From positions 32,001 to 96,000 of the forward strand of contig CAXTTL010000001.1 of the NCBI GenBank assembly GCA_964247135.1: DNA of 64,000 nt, written 5' to 3'. The notes below the pieces were generated by a model. That model worked only from the letters and a program-made list of their open reading frames with translations. It was not told the origin of the DNA and searched no databases. The stretch is from an uncultured Deinococcales bacterium (GTDB lineage: Bacteria > Deinococcota > Deinococci > Deinococcales > JAAFIG01). Made by a program: the position numbers and the translations under genes. This document shows, piece after piece, positions 29,843-39,224 of this stretch. The stretch's first letter is position 1, and the number at the start of each line of letters is the position of its first letter.

Positions 29843-30334
29843 CTATACCACGACCTCCTTTGCTGGCTCGCGCCTGAGCCACGCCTGCCAGTCCCAGGTG
29901 TTTTTCAAAATTTTGACGACCTGAATCGTTTCGCAGCTCGAGACTCCAGGAACGTCTGGCAGCGTGTGGGAGATAAAGCGGTACAACTCGTCGATTGAGG
30001 AATGCAGGCTTTCGACCACGATGTCGGCTGGACCCATCGCCAAGCCAACAAAACGCACCGCCTCGAGGGTGGCGATTGATTTGGCGGCACCCTCGGCGGC
30101 TCGAGGCACGGTTTTGACCAGGGTGATGGCATCCACTTTGATACCAAATCCGGCAGGGTCGCCGGTCGCCAGCACTTGCAGAAAACCGTTTTTGACCATC
30201 GCGTTGTAGCGCCGCCGAATCGTGCCTTCAGAGACACTTAGACGGCGAGCCATCTCGCGGAAAGCCATGCGACCGTCTTCTTGTAAAAGGGTCACGATTT
30301 GGTGATCGAGGGGGTCAAGGTCTGCGTAATTCAT
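29843..30334 (-). CDS. Lrp/AsnC family transcriptional regulator
   Basis: LDPLDHQIVTLLQEDGRMAFREMARRLSVSEGTIRRR HTH followed by a RAM-type domain. Confidence 0.92.
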   Translation of the reverse strand: MNYADLDPLDHQIVTLLQEDGRMAFREMARRLSVSEGTIRRRYNAMVKNGFLQVLATGDPAGFGIKVDAITLVKTVPRAAEGAAKSIATLEAVRFVGLAMGPADIVVESLHSSIDELYRFISHTLPDVPGVSSCETIQVVKILKNTWDWQAWLRREPAKEVVV

Positions 30335-30392
30335 GATTGTTTTTTTGACGCATTGCGTAAGATAATTGAACAGTAGCATACAAATGCGGCGA

Positions 30393-30421
30393 TTGACAAG
30401 CATTCATCCACGTGTTACTCT
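30393..30421 (+). promoter_or_regulatory. Sigma70-type promoter for the hydrolase-ABC-amidase operon
   Basis: TTGACA 30393-30398, 17-nt spacer, extended -10 TGt-TACTCT 30413-30421. Confidence 0.6.
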
Positions 30422-30638
30422 CCTTTCACTAAACGAAGTTCCACCGTTCGGTGTAGCCTCGAGTGAAGCAGTTGTCAAAACCAAAAACCAAGCCACTGTC
30501 AGCAGATGACGAAGTTCTCGAGTATTGATCTCCCCTGGGAGAGCGTGCGCGGGAATTTAAGCGATTTTTACCAATCTTGATCGTTTTCAGTGCCAGCAGC
30601 AATCACCGTCTTCAGCGCAGTATTGGGAGGTCACACCA

Positions 30639-31508
30639 ATGCCCGTCGTGCAACTGAACGGAACAGCTATTTTTTACCTTCGCCGTGGTCATGGACTGCC
30701 CTGCCTGGTCATGCACGGTGGACTGGGTTGCGACCACACGTACATGCACCCCTGGATGGATGCGCTGGGCGACACCTTCGAGCTGATCTATTTTGACCAC
30801 CGAGGCAACGGGCGCTCGGGTCGCCCAACCCTCGAGACGCTCAACTTTGAACAATTTGCCGCCGATGCGGACGCGCTCCGTGCCCATCTGGGGTTTGAGC
30901 AGGTTGCTGTGCTGGGCAGTTCTTACGGCGGTTTTATTGCCCAAGAATACGCCATCCGCTATCCAAACCGTGTGTCTCACGCTTTTTTGATGGACACCGC
31001 GCCGGTTTTTGATTATGCCAATGAGGTCAAAATGCACGCCACCCGCAAAGGCGCAACGCCAGAGATGCTCGAGATTTTGGATTCACTCGAACCAAAGTCA
31101 GATGAAGACTTTGCCAAGATGATGGATAAGCTGGGACCGTTGTACTACTACAACTTTGACCCTGAGCTGGCGGCTCGAGCGATGGGTGCGACGATTTACT
31201 GCGCGTCTGCCGCCAAACGCGGTTTTGAGCTGCTCAAGGGTTGGGACACGCGTTCACGCTTGGCGCAAATTTCCGCGCCGACGCTGGTGCTGGTTGGGCG
31301 CGACGATTACATCACCCCGCCGAACAAATCAGCCGATATCCAGGCAAGGATTCCAGGCGCGGAACTGAAAATTTTCGAGCGCTCGGGTCACATGCCCCAC
31401 CTCGAGGAACCCGAAGCGTTTTTTGCCACCATCCGCGATTTTGTTCGGCGGACAAAGACGGCAAATCAGCAGCAAAATACCCGAGGAGGTGAGCCAACCA
31501 GAGCGTGA
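30639..31508 (+). CDS. Alpha/beta hydrolase (proline iminopeptidase-like)
   Basis: HGGLG, DHRGNGRS, nucleophile elbow GSSYGG, GRDD, SGHMPHLEEP; GGAGG RBS. Confidence 0.88.
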   Translation: MPVVQLNGTAIFYLRRGHGLPCLVMHGGLGCDHTYMHPWMDALGDTFELIYFDHRGNGRSGRPTLETLNFEQFAADADALRAHLGFEQVAVLGSSYGGFIAQEYAIRYPNRVSHAFLMDTAPVFDYANEVKMHATRKGATPEMLEILDSLEPKSDEDFAKMMDKLGPLYYYNFDPELAARAMGATIYCASAAKRGFELLKGWDTRSRLAQISAPTLVLVGRDDYITPPNKSADIQARIPGAELKIFERSGHMPHLEEPEAFFATIRDFVRRTKTANQQQNTRGGEPTRA

Positions 31509-31551
31509 CGTTGACGGCAACGAACGGATTGTTTCTTAAAGGGGGTCAGTG

Positions 31552-33069
31552 ATGAAAACGATGGCAAAGTGGTTTGGTTGGGGTATTGCACTGGGCACAT
31601 TGGCGCTCGGCATGGTCTTGGCACAGACCAAGGGCGGCAGCTTGACCGTGGCGCAACAGGCGGATGTGGTCGGACTTGACCCGCACACGGTCTCGGCATA
31701 CTCGAGCGCGGTGGTGGATGAGCAGATTTACGATTCGCTCCTGGCGATCACCCCCAAAGGCGATGTCACGGCGTCGATTGCCCAGAAGTGGGCGGTGTCC
31801 AAAGACGGGTTGAAATACACCTTCAACCTTCGCAAGAACGTCAAATTCAGTGACGGGAAACCCCTGACCTCCAAAGATGTCGTCTACTCGCTCATGCGCG
31901 TCATCGACCCAAAGACTGCCAGCCCGCGCGAGAACGATCTGGGCAAGGTCAAGTCCATCACGGCACCCGATACGTACACCGTTGTCATCAGCCTCGAGCA
32001 AACCTTTGCGCCGTTTTTAACCAAAATCGGCGGCACCCTGATGGGGATCATGCCCGATGGTTACGCCGAAAAGAACGACCCGAACAAAGTCCCGCTCGGC
32101 TCTGGTCCGTTCATGTTTGTCAGTTGGACGCCAGACGACAACGTGACCCTCAAACGCAACCCCTATTACTGGGAGGCGGGCAAGCCCTACCTCGATACCT
32201 TGATCTTCAAACCGCTCAAAGACGACACGGCACGCATCACCAACGTCGAGACGGGCAATGTTGATTTGATCATGAGCGTCCCACAAAACGAGGTTGACCG
32301 CCTCGAGACTTCAAGCACCGTAAAGCTCTCGGGTGGACCTGGCACCTGGTACGACTACCTTGGACTGAATCAATCAAAAGCGCCGTTCAACAACATCAAG
32401 GTTCGCCAAGCCTTGTCTTATGCGGTCAACCGCGATCAGATTGTCAAAACCGCCATTTTTGGCAAGGGCACGGTCATCAACTGCGGTCCGATCCCACCCA
32501 AGAGCTGGGCGTTTGCCTCCTGCAAAGAACAGATCACCAACCTCGAGAAAGCCAAAAAACTGCTCGCCGAGGCGGGCTTGGCTGGCGGTTTCAAAATGAC
32601 CATCAAGGTTGGCGCAGATTACAAGTCGCAGGTCAACATCGCCCAGGTCATTCAAGCCCAACTCAAACCGCTCAAGATTGACATCACGGTCGCCCCGATG
32701 GAGTGGGGTGCATTCCTGGATGATGTCGTGACCAAAGGAAATTTTGATGCCGTGATCCTGGGTTGGATTGGCGCGGTTGACCCAGATGACTTTTTGTATT
32801 ATCAGTTCCGCACGGGTGAAAAATTCAATTTCTACAAGTTCTCGGACAAAGAGGTCGACAGCCTGCTCGACCAGGCACGCACCTCGGTGGATCGCGGCAC
32901 AAGGCAAGTGCTTTACCGCAAGGTGCAACGCCTGCTCGCCGAGAAAGCCGCCTATGTTTTCTTGCACATCAACGAGCAATACGAGGCGTTCGGACCCCAG
33001 GTGCAAGGCTATGTTCACTATGCAACCGGTTCGATGGAATCTTTGAAGGATGTCTGGCTAAAGAACTGA
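31552..33069 (+). CDS. Peptide ABC substrate-binding protein (family 5)
   Basis: Signal peptide, LDPH, IYDSLL, LRKNVKFSDG, GSGPF, KVRQAL. Confidence 0.93.
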   Translation: MKTMAKWFGWGIALGTLALGMVLAQTKGGSLTVAQQADVVGLDPHTVSAYSSAVVDEQIYDSLLAITPKGDVTASIAQKWAVSKDGLKYTFNLRKNVKFSDGKPLTSKDVVYSLMRVIDPKTASPRENDLGKVKSITAPDTYTVVISLEQTFAPFLTKIGGTLMGIMPDGYAEKNDPNKVPLGSGPFMFVSWTPDDNVTLKRNPYYWEAGKPYLDTLIFKPLKDDTARITNVETGNVDLIMSVPQNEVDRLETSSTVKLSGGPGTWYDYLGLNQSKAPFNNIKVRQALSYAVNRDQIVKTAIFGKGTVINCGPIPPKSWAFASCKEQITNLEKAKKLLAEAGLAGGFKMTIKVGADYKSQVNIAQVIQAQLKPLKIDITVAPMEWGAFLDDVVTKGNFDAVILGWIGAVDPDDFLYYQFRTGEKFNFYKFSDKEVDSLLDQARTSVDRGTRQVLYRKVQRLLAEKAAYVFLHINEQYEAFGPQVQGYVHYATGSMESLKDVWLKN

Positions 33070-33109
33070 ACAATCCATAACACTCGAGCACGATGAAGAA
33101 AGACCTGAC

Positions 33110-34054
33110 ATGCTGATCTACACCTTCAAGCGCCTGCTCGCGGTGGTTCCCATCTTGTTGGGAATCACCGCCGTGTCATACATCCTCACCCGCACCATCC
33201 CTGGCGATCTGGTGGCGGTGATGCTCGGCACCAACACCGACCCCGAAATCGCGGCACAACTGCGTCACAAGCTCAACCTCGACCGACCGATCCTCGAGGG
33301 TTATGTGGTCTGGTTGGGTCAGTTGCTGCGCGGCAACCTCGGCGAGTCCTTGCGCTCGGGCAGACCCATCGCCGAGGACATGGGCACCCGCTACGGGCGA
33401 ACGGCGCAACTGACCCTTGCCGCCATGACATTGGCACTAATGCTTGCGATTCCGCTCGGGATTCTGGCGGCGCTGCGCCGAAACCGAACAGTTGACCAAA
33501 CCATCTCGAGCATCGCGCTGTTGGGCGTTTCCACCCCCGATTTCTGGCTGGCGTTTTTGCTGATTCTGATCTTCGCCGTCTGGTTGCGCTGGCTGCCACC
33601 CGCCGGCTATGCCATGCCGCTCGAGAAACCCTGGTTGTTTTTAAGGTTACTGCTGCTGCCCGCCCTGACGCTTGGCTTTCAAGTGACGGGCATCCTGACG
33701 CGCTTCACCCGTTCAGCCATGCTCGAGGTGCTCTCGCAAGATTTTATTCGCACGGCACGCAGCAAAGGGGTGGGGCAACGCGCCGTGATGTACAAGCACG
33801 CCTTGCGCAATGCGCTCGTGCCAATCACCACCGTGATCGGTCTGAACATTGGTTTTTTGCTGGGCGGCACGGTGATCGTCGAAACCATTTTTGGCTGGCC
33901 CGGCGTCGGCAGCCTGGCGGTCACCGCCATCAACCAGCGCGATTATCCGGTGGTGCAAGCCACCGTGATGCTGTTTGCGTTTACTTTTGTGATCGTGAAT
34001 TTAATCGTGGATGTGCTGTACGGCGTGATTGACCCAAGGATTCGCTATGGATGA
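33110..34054 (+). CDS. Peptide ABC transporter permease (DppB-type)
   Basis: IPGD, GNLGES, TARSKG, HALRNA, FGWPGVG, RDYPVVQ. Confidence 0.93.
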   Translation: MLIYTFKRLLAVVPILLGITAVSYILTRTIPGDLVAVMLGTNTDPEIAAQLRHKLNLDRPILEGYVVWLGQLLRGNLGESLRSGRPIAEDMGTRYGRTAQLTLAAMTLALMLAIPLGILAALRRNRTVDQTISSIALLGVSTPDFWLAFLLILIFAVWLRWLPPAGYAMPLEKPWLFLRLLLLPALTLGFQVTGILTRFTRSAMLEVLSQDFIRTARSKGVGQRAVMYKHALRNALVPITTVIGLNIGFLLGGTVIVETIFGWPGVGSLAVTAINQRDYPVVQATVMLFAFTFVIVNLIVDVLYGVIDPRIRYG

Positions 34055-34970
34055 ACCCGCAACCTCAAACCCAGTCTCAACCAATCGCGGCTTGGCGCTG
34101 ACCTCCACCTCTTCAAAACCAGACTCCAGCCCAAGCAGCCCCTCGAGCAAACGACCACGGCTGCTGCGACAACGCTCGTTTTTGCTGGGCATCTTGCTGA
34201 TCGGCGCGATGGCGCTCTGTGCCGTTCTTGCGCCCTGGATTTCGCCACACGATCCGGTCGAGCAGAACTTTGACAGCACCTTGCAAGCGCCAAGCGTGCA
34301 ATTCCTGCTTGGCACGGACATGTTCGGACGCGATCAACTCTCGCGGATCATCTTTGGTGCGAGAATCTCGTTCATGGTCGGCTTGATCTCGGTGGGCATC
34401 GCCCTCCTGGCGGGCGGCTTGCTTGGCTTGCTCGCCGCCTACGCTCGAGGTTGGCTGGATAACCTGATCATGCGCGTGATGGACGTGCTGCTGGCGTTTC
34501 CGTTCTTGTTGTTGACCATTGCGATCATGGCTTCATTTGGCACCAACCTGGTCAATGCCATGATCGCCATCGGCATCGTTTACACCCCCAGTTTTGCCCG
34601 CATCACCCGCGCCGCAACCTTGGGCGTGATGGAGCAAGGTTTTATTGAGGCGAGCCAGGCGCTAGGCTCGAGTCCCATACGGGTGATGCTGCGACACGTG
34701 CTGCCCAACATCACCGGACCGCTGATCGTCCAGACCACGCTCTCGCTGGCTTTTGCGATTCTTGCCGAGGCGGCACTCTCGTTTTTGGGTTTGGGCACGC
34801 AACCACCCACGCCGTCCTGGGGTTTGATGCTCAACGAGGGACGCAGTTTCTTCAACACCGCCCCGTGGTTGGCAATTTTCCCTGGGGTGGCGATCACCTT
34901 GGCGGTGCTGGGCTTCAACCTGCTCGGCGATGGTCTGCGCGATGCCCTCGACCCACGATTGCGCGATTAA
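34047..34970 (+). CDS. Peptide ABC transporter permease (DppC-type)
   Basis: LGTDMFGRD, HVLPN, LSFLGLG, PSWG, FNLLGDGLRD. Confidence 0.93.
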   Translation: MDEPATSNPVSTNRGLALTSTSSKPDSSPSSPSSKRPRLLRQRSFLLGILLIGAMALCAVLAPWISPHDPVEQNFDSTLQAPSVQFLLGTDMFGRDQLSRIIFGARISFMVGLISVGIALLAGGLLGLLAAYARGWLDNLIMRVMDVLLAFPFLLLTIAIMASFGTNLVNAMIAIGIVYTPSFARITRAATLGVMEQGFIEASQALGSSPIRVMLRHVLPNITGPLIVQTTLSLAFAILAEAALSFLGLGTQPPTPSWGLMLNEGRSFFNTAPWLAIFPGVAITLAVLGFNLLGDGLRDALDPRLRD

Positions 34971-35014
34971 ATCAGACTCGAGCGCCGTCACTCAACCCAA
35001 ATCAAGGAGAAGCC

Positions 35015-36496
35015 ATGTGCGCCAAAAAAACCGCAACCCCAACCAAATTCTCGGTGCTCGAGGCAACTTTTGATGATCTGCAAAACGCGATGGCATCGGG
35101 TCAAATCAGCTCAAAGCAACTCACCCAAATCTACCTCGAGCGCATTGAGGCGTATGACCGAAGCGGTCTAAAGTTAAACAGCGTGATCGAAACCAACCCA
35201 GACGCCTTAAAAATCGCCGAGGCGCTCGACCTCGAGCGTCGCAGTCAAGGTTCACGCGGTCCACTTCATGGCGTGCCAATGCTGCTCAAGGACAACCTTG
35301 ACACCCATGACAGAATGCACACCAGCGCAGGCTCCCTGGCGATGGCAAAATCCATCGCGCCCCTAGACTCGACCGTCGCCGCACGGCTGCGGGCGGCTGG
35401 CGTAGTGCTGCTGGGCAAAGCCAACATGACCGAATGGGCGAACTTCATGACCGTCGGCATGAGCAACGGTTACAGTTCACGTGGCGGTCAGGGCATCAAC
35501 CCCTACAAACCAGGCTTGGACACGGGCGGCTCGAGTTCGGGTTCGGGCATTGCCACCGCCGCCAACCTCTGCGCAGCAGCCATCGGCACGGAGACCTCGG
35601 GTTCGATTCTCAGTCCGGCGAATCAAAACAGTTTGGTGGGCATCAAACCAACGGTTGGGCTGGTCTCGAGGGCTGGGGTGATTCCCGTCTCGAGCACCCA
35701 GGACACCCCTGGACCAATGACCCGAACGGTGCGCGACGCGGCGATGTTGCTCTCCGCGATTGCCGCCAAAGACCGACGCGACCCAGCCACACGGAGCGCC
35801 AAACCTGCCCAAGATTACACTGCCTTTCTTGACCCGAACGGCTTGAAAGGGGCACGGATTGGTGTACCTCGAGCGGTCTACTGGGAGATGCTCTCGCCCG
35901 AGCAGGCACAGATTGTTGAAGATGCGTTACAACGCATTCGAGGTTGCGGCGCAACCATCGTTGACCCTGCCGAAATTCAGACTGCGCAGGAATTGACAGG
36001 CTTCAACTTCGAGGTGTTGTTGTATGATTTCAAGCGCGATATCAACCGCTATTTCAAAACGCTCGGTTCAAACGCGCCGATCAAAAACCTCAAAGAATTG
36101 ATCGCCTACAACGAGCAACGCCCCGAAAAGATGCTGCGATACGGGCAGTTGATCCTTCAAGCCGCCCAGTCCACCGGCGGCAAGCTCGAGGAAGCCATCT
36201 ATGCCTATCGCCGCGCCGAGGATTTGCGGCTCTCGCAACGTTTGGGGATTGATGCGACCATCAAAAAACATCGCCTTGATGCTTTGCTGTTTCCAATCTA
36301 CTCGGGTTATGGCATCGCGGCGCGACCTGGTTATCCAAGCATCATTGTTCCGGCGGGCTACACCGCCGATAACACGCCCGTGGGTGTGACCTTCACCGCC
36401 AGGGCTTGGCAAGAACCCATGCTGATTCGCTTTGCTTATGCCTTTGAGCAAGCCAGTCAGGCACGCCGTCCACCAGACCTCACGCCAGCTCTTTGA
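35015..36496 (+). CDS. Amidase signature family amidase
   Basis: LHGVPMLLKDN, GGSSSGSG, GTETSGSI (Ser-cisSer-Lys family); AAGGAG RBS. Confidence 0.93.
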   Translation: MCAKKTATPTKFSVLEATFDDLQNAMASGQISSKQLTQIYLERIEAYDRSGLKLNSVIETNPDALKIAEALDLERRSQGSRGPLHGVPMLLKDNLDTHDRMHTSAGSLAMAKSIAPLDSTVAARLRAAGVVLLGKANMTEWANFMTVGMSNGYSSRGGQGINPYKPGLDTGGSSSGSGIATAANLCAAAIGTETSGSILSPANQNSLVGIKPTVGLVSRAGVIPVSSTQDTPGPMTRTVRDAAMLLSAIAAKDRRDPATRSAKPAQDYTAFLDPNGLKGARIGVPRAVYWEMLSPEQAQIVEDALQRIRGCGATIVDPAEIQTAQELTGFNFEVLLYDFKRDINRYFKTLGSNAPIKNLKELIAYNEQRPEKMLRYGQLILQAAQSTGGKLEEAIYAYRRAEDLRLSQRLGIDATIKKHRLDALLFPIYSGYGIAARPGYPSIIVPAGYTADNTPVGVTFTARAWQEPMLIRFAYAFEQASQARRPPDLTPAL

Positions 36497-36665
36497 AAAC
36501 CAAATTGCTCAGCATGACTCAACCCAAGAGATAAAAAATTCAGCGAGAAAATTCTCAATCCGTGGCAACCAACCCGAGCTGCATTCGATGACGTGATTCT
36601 GGAGGCTGTTCAAGCCCCAATGTTGCTCGAGTGCTTGCAGGTCAAAATCCTTTTGCCTCAAACTG

Positions 36666-37130
36666 TTATGGCTCGAGATACCCGCTCGAGAGTGTCAAGC
36701 TTCGTTGGTGCTGGGCTGCCTGTTCAAGGATGCTTTGTTGTTGGTCGCGTTTGGCACGGTAAAAACCTAAACCTGTTTCAATTTGCTTGGCTTTTGAATC
36801 ACTTGCCAAGCCAAACGTCAAACAACCAAATAAATTCTCCAAGGCTCGAGCACGTTTGTCTTTGGCGTTTTTGTATCTGACACGACGCTCGATCACTTCA
36901 GTCGTTACCATCTCGAGCAACTGCGCATCGGTTTTGATCGCCAGATCAAACTTTGGCACGCCCACACCGTGCATCGAAACCCAGACATCCATTGGAATTT
37001 GTACCATTACCGATTGCCGACTGACCTCAAATTCGGCGTGGTCAAGCTCGAGATAGACGTTGGCATCGTCAAATGCCTCGAGGTAAAAGTGAAAGTGATT
37101 GCCGTGGCTGAGGGTGGCTTTGGTACTCAT
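36666..37130 (-). CDS. Hypothetical protein
   Basis: 154-codon ORF MSTKATLSHGNHFHFYLE with protein-like composition and leaderless TAAGCT-7nt-ATG. Confidence 0.65.
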   Translation of the reverse strand: MSTKATLSHGNHFHFYLEAFDDANVYLELDHAEFEVSRQSVMVQIPMDVWVSMHGVGVPKFDLAIKTDAQLLEMVTTEVIERRVRYKNAKDKRARALENLFGCLTFGLASDSKAKQIETGLGFYRAKRDQQQSILEQAAQHQRSLTLSSGYLEP

Positions 37131-37246
37131 CAGCTCGAGCTTACAAATTTGTGCACGATGTTGCGTTTGCCATACGGCGTACAACGGGTACGCAAAATGG
37201 TGGATGCCAACAAACCACGAGGTATCATTGTGGTTGGGTAAAATCA

Positions 37247-38266
37247 ATGCAGGATTTAGAACGCAAAATCGAATTGCTTGGTGGCTCGGTGGTCATTGGT
37301 CGCCATCCCAATGGTGCTATCGGTATGTTGCAACTGTTGTTGCAAAGCTGGAATCTCAAGCAGATCCTCGAGCTTGCCGATCAAACCCAGTGGCAGTTGG
37401 CATTGAAGCAACTCGGTGTCCCAGAAGACCAGACCCAACTTGAGGCATGGAGGAAACAACAACCAATCCCAGCCTCGAGCAGTTTTGACTTGTTTGAGAG
37501 CCAAGCCAGCGATTGGTGGTTGCATCATCAGGTGCTGCAAAAATTGCGGTTTGGCTTGCTCGAGCTTGAAGGTACTGGATTGATCGAATCGTTTGGTTTT
37601 GGCTTTGTGATGCGCTGTGGAAACGATATTTTGATGCCCGATATTTATGTTGGAAAACTTGACCCAAGTCGTGTTCATGAATACCATTACAACGGACCCG
37701 CCGAACTGATTGTTGAAGTCCTCAAAAGCGATACTCGAGATTATGATGGCAGCGTTCAACTTGCCATGTACCAGAAGCATCAAGCCGCTGAAATTTGGTT
37801 GATAGACCCAACCCAGCAGCAGGTTGAGGTATTCTGCCCTCAAGGAAATGGTTCGTACCAAAAACGGGTTGAAACTCGAGTTTTGGAATCCAGTGTGCTG
37901 CCGCTGCGTTTAAATGTTGCTGCCTTGTTTGAAATTGAGAACAACAATCCGTTTGAGAACAACCTCAAGTTGCAGGCTCGAGCGCGTCGTCATGAGCAGA
38001 ATCCTGAATTGGGTTGGACTTGGCTCAAAGACTTGCCGATTACACCAGAACCGCAACAAGTCAGTTTGGATGCGTTTATGACGTTCGTGCCGGAAGTGAA
38101 ATTCGAGGGTTCAAACGCCAGGCTCGAAGTGGGCGGGGGTGGCTGGAAGACCACCAGGGACTTGTTGCAATTGCTGATGTATCATCTTGGTTTGAAACGA
38201 ACTTTATCGCTTCTTCCCATGCCAGACTGGGTTGCTGTGCTGGCAACCCGTCGCTCGAGGGACTGA
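37247..38266 (+). CDS. Uma2-family (PD-(D/E)XK-like) putative endonuclease with terminal extensions
   Basis: Core ILMPDI...GPAELIVEVL...TRDYD...EIWLIDP. Confidence 0.75.
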   Translation: MQDLERKIELLGGSVVIGRHPNGAIGMLQLLLQSWNLKQILELADQTQWQLALKQLGVPEDQTQLEAWRKQQPIPASSSFDLFESQASDWWLHHQVLQKLRFGLLELEGTGLIESFGFGFVMRCGNDILMPDIYVGKLDPSRVHEYHYNGPAELIVEVLKSDTRDYDGSVQLAMYQKHQAAEIWLIDPTQQQVEVFCPQGNGSYQKRVETRVLESSVLPLRLNVAALFEIENNNPFENNLKLQARARRHEQNPELGWTWLKDLPITPEPQQVSLDAFMTFVPEVKFEGSNARLEVGGGGWKTTRDLLQLLMYHLGLKRTLSLLPMPDWVAVLATRRSRD

Positions 38267-38270
38267 ATTC

Positions 38271-38291
38271 CGTGTGCTATTCGTGTGCTAT
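38271..38291 (+). repeat. Tandem direct repeat CGTGTGCTAT x2 (candidate integrase arm-type sites)
   Basis: Identical 10-mers with an 11-bp period, 130-150 bp from the tRNA fragment and separated from it by AT-rich DNA. Confidence 0.55.
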
Positions 38292-38420
38292 GGCTCAAGA
38301 CATGTCAGTTAAAAGGTGTACAGCTCACTTACTTTGATTTTAAGGAATGTATCGTTTTGAATAGCTATTTCTTGAATTGAATAGGACTGACTTACCCTGA
38401 TGTTTCTCTCTAAAAACCTG

Positions 38421-38465
38421 CTTTTAATCAGTGGGTCGCTGGTTCGAATCCAGCACGGGCCACCA
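38421..38465 (+). tRNA. 3' half of tRNA-Lys(UUU) only: truncated copy, probable att site
   Basis: Anticodon loop CTTTTAA, T-arm GCTGG-TTCGAAT-CCAGC, acceptor strand ACGGGCC-A-CCA; no D-arm, 5' acceptor strand or pairing 5' anticodon stem upstream. Confidence 0.85.
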
Positions 38466-38478
38466 CAAGAGGTATGTG

Positions 38479-38514
38479 AGAGACGCGGATTTAAAGTCCG
38501 CGTCTCTTCGTTTT
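38479..38514 (+). terminator. Intrinsic terminator after the tRNA 3' end
   Basis: AGAGACGCGGA / TCCGCGTCTCT 11-bp stem followed by TCGTTTT. Confidence 0.8.
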
Positions 38515-38649
38515 ACGCCCTGAAACCCCAAGCTGCGGCTACCCTGACGCTACCAGCAATCTAAAGGTCTGAATAAAATACATCTCTCGAGAAATTGGCA
38601 CGGTGCTTTTGCTTGAGAAAACCTCAGATTGCAGTCCTCTTTTGGACGG

Positions 38650-38916
38650 TCAGGTTATTGGCTCGTTCTTCACACCCGCCACCAGTTCCTCCAACTCGAG
38701 TCTCAACGCTTGAGCAATCATGAACAGCGTCCCAATTCGCGGTTCAACTTTCGCGTTCTCAATCAATCCCACATGAGCACGTTGAATCCCCACCAAATCC
38801 GCAAAATCGTCCTGATTGATGCCTCGAGCCTTACGGAACGTGCGAATGCGTTCTCCAAGCGCTACCCTGAGCGGGAGTGTGAAGTCATTGCACTTGTGAT
38901 CGCTTTTGCACTGCAT
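38650..38916 (-). CDS. Small XRE-family helix-turn-helix protein
   Basis: LGERIRTFRKARGINQDDFADLVGIQRAHVGLIENAKVEPRIGTLFMIAQAL; start uncertain. Confidence 0.8.
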   Translation of the reverse strand: MQCKSDHKCNDFTLPLRVALGERIRTFRKARGINQDDFADLVGIQRAHVGLIENAKVEPRIGTLFMIAQALRLELEELVAGVKNEPIT

Positions 38917-39224
38917 ACGATGCCGTGTTTTTTGCAGCACAATCGAAGTTCATCCTCGAGTTTAGCCCTCGGGTGCCGATCTTCTGGCGGATGTGTTTTA
39001 CCGAAAGTTTCCCGCCCCTCCCGATTCCAATCCCCGTGCCGATGCCAATGGTTCATGCCGCTTCGAGGGTCGATACGCAGTGGTTGAGCGTGCCTGAAGG
39101 CTATCCGATTCCTGAGTTGAAAGGCGCGCCACGATTCTAAACGTGAAATAAGCAAACAAAGGCTGGGCTGCTAGCGTGATTCAGGCAAATGCAGTCCAGC
39201 CATGACATCGTTTTTTAATCGCAA

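Noticed and set aside
30490-30520. Cobalamin riboswitch suggested by AAGCCACTG
   Set aside because: The other conserved elements of the B12 element were not found in the leader
38380-38465. Intact or group I intron-split tRNA-Lys
   Set aside because: No 5' acceptor strand or D-arm found nearby and no intron core recognised; treated as an att fragment
38596-38612. Sigma54 promoter TGGCACG...TTGC
   Set aside because: GG to GC spacing is 12 nt instead of the required 10
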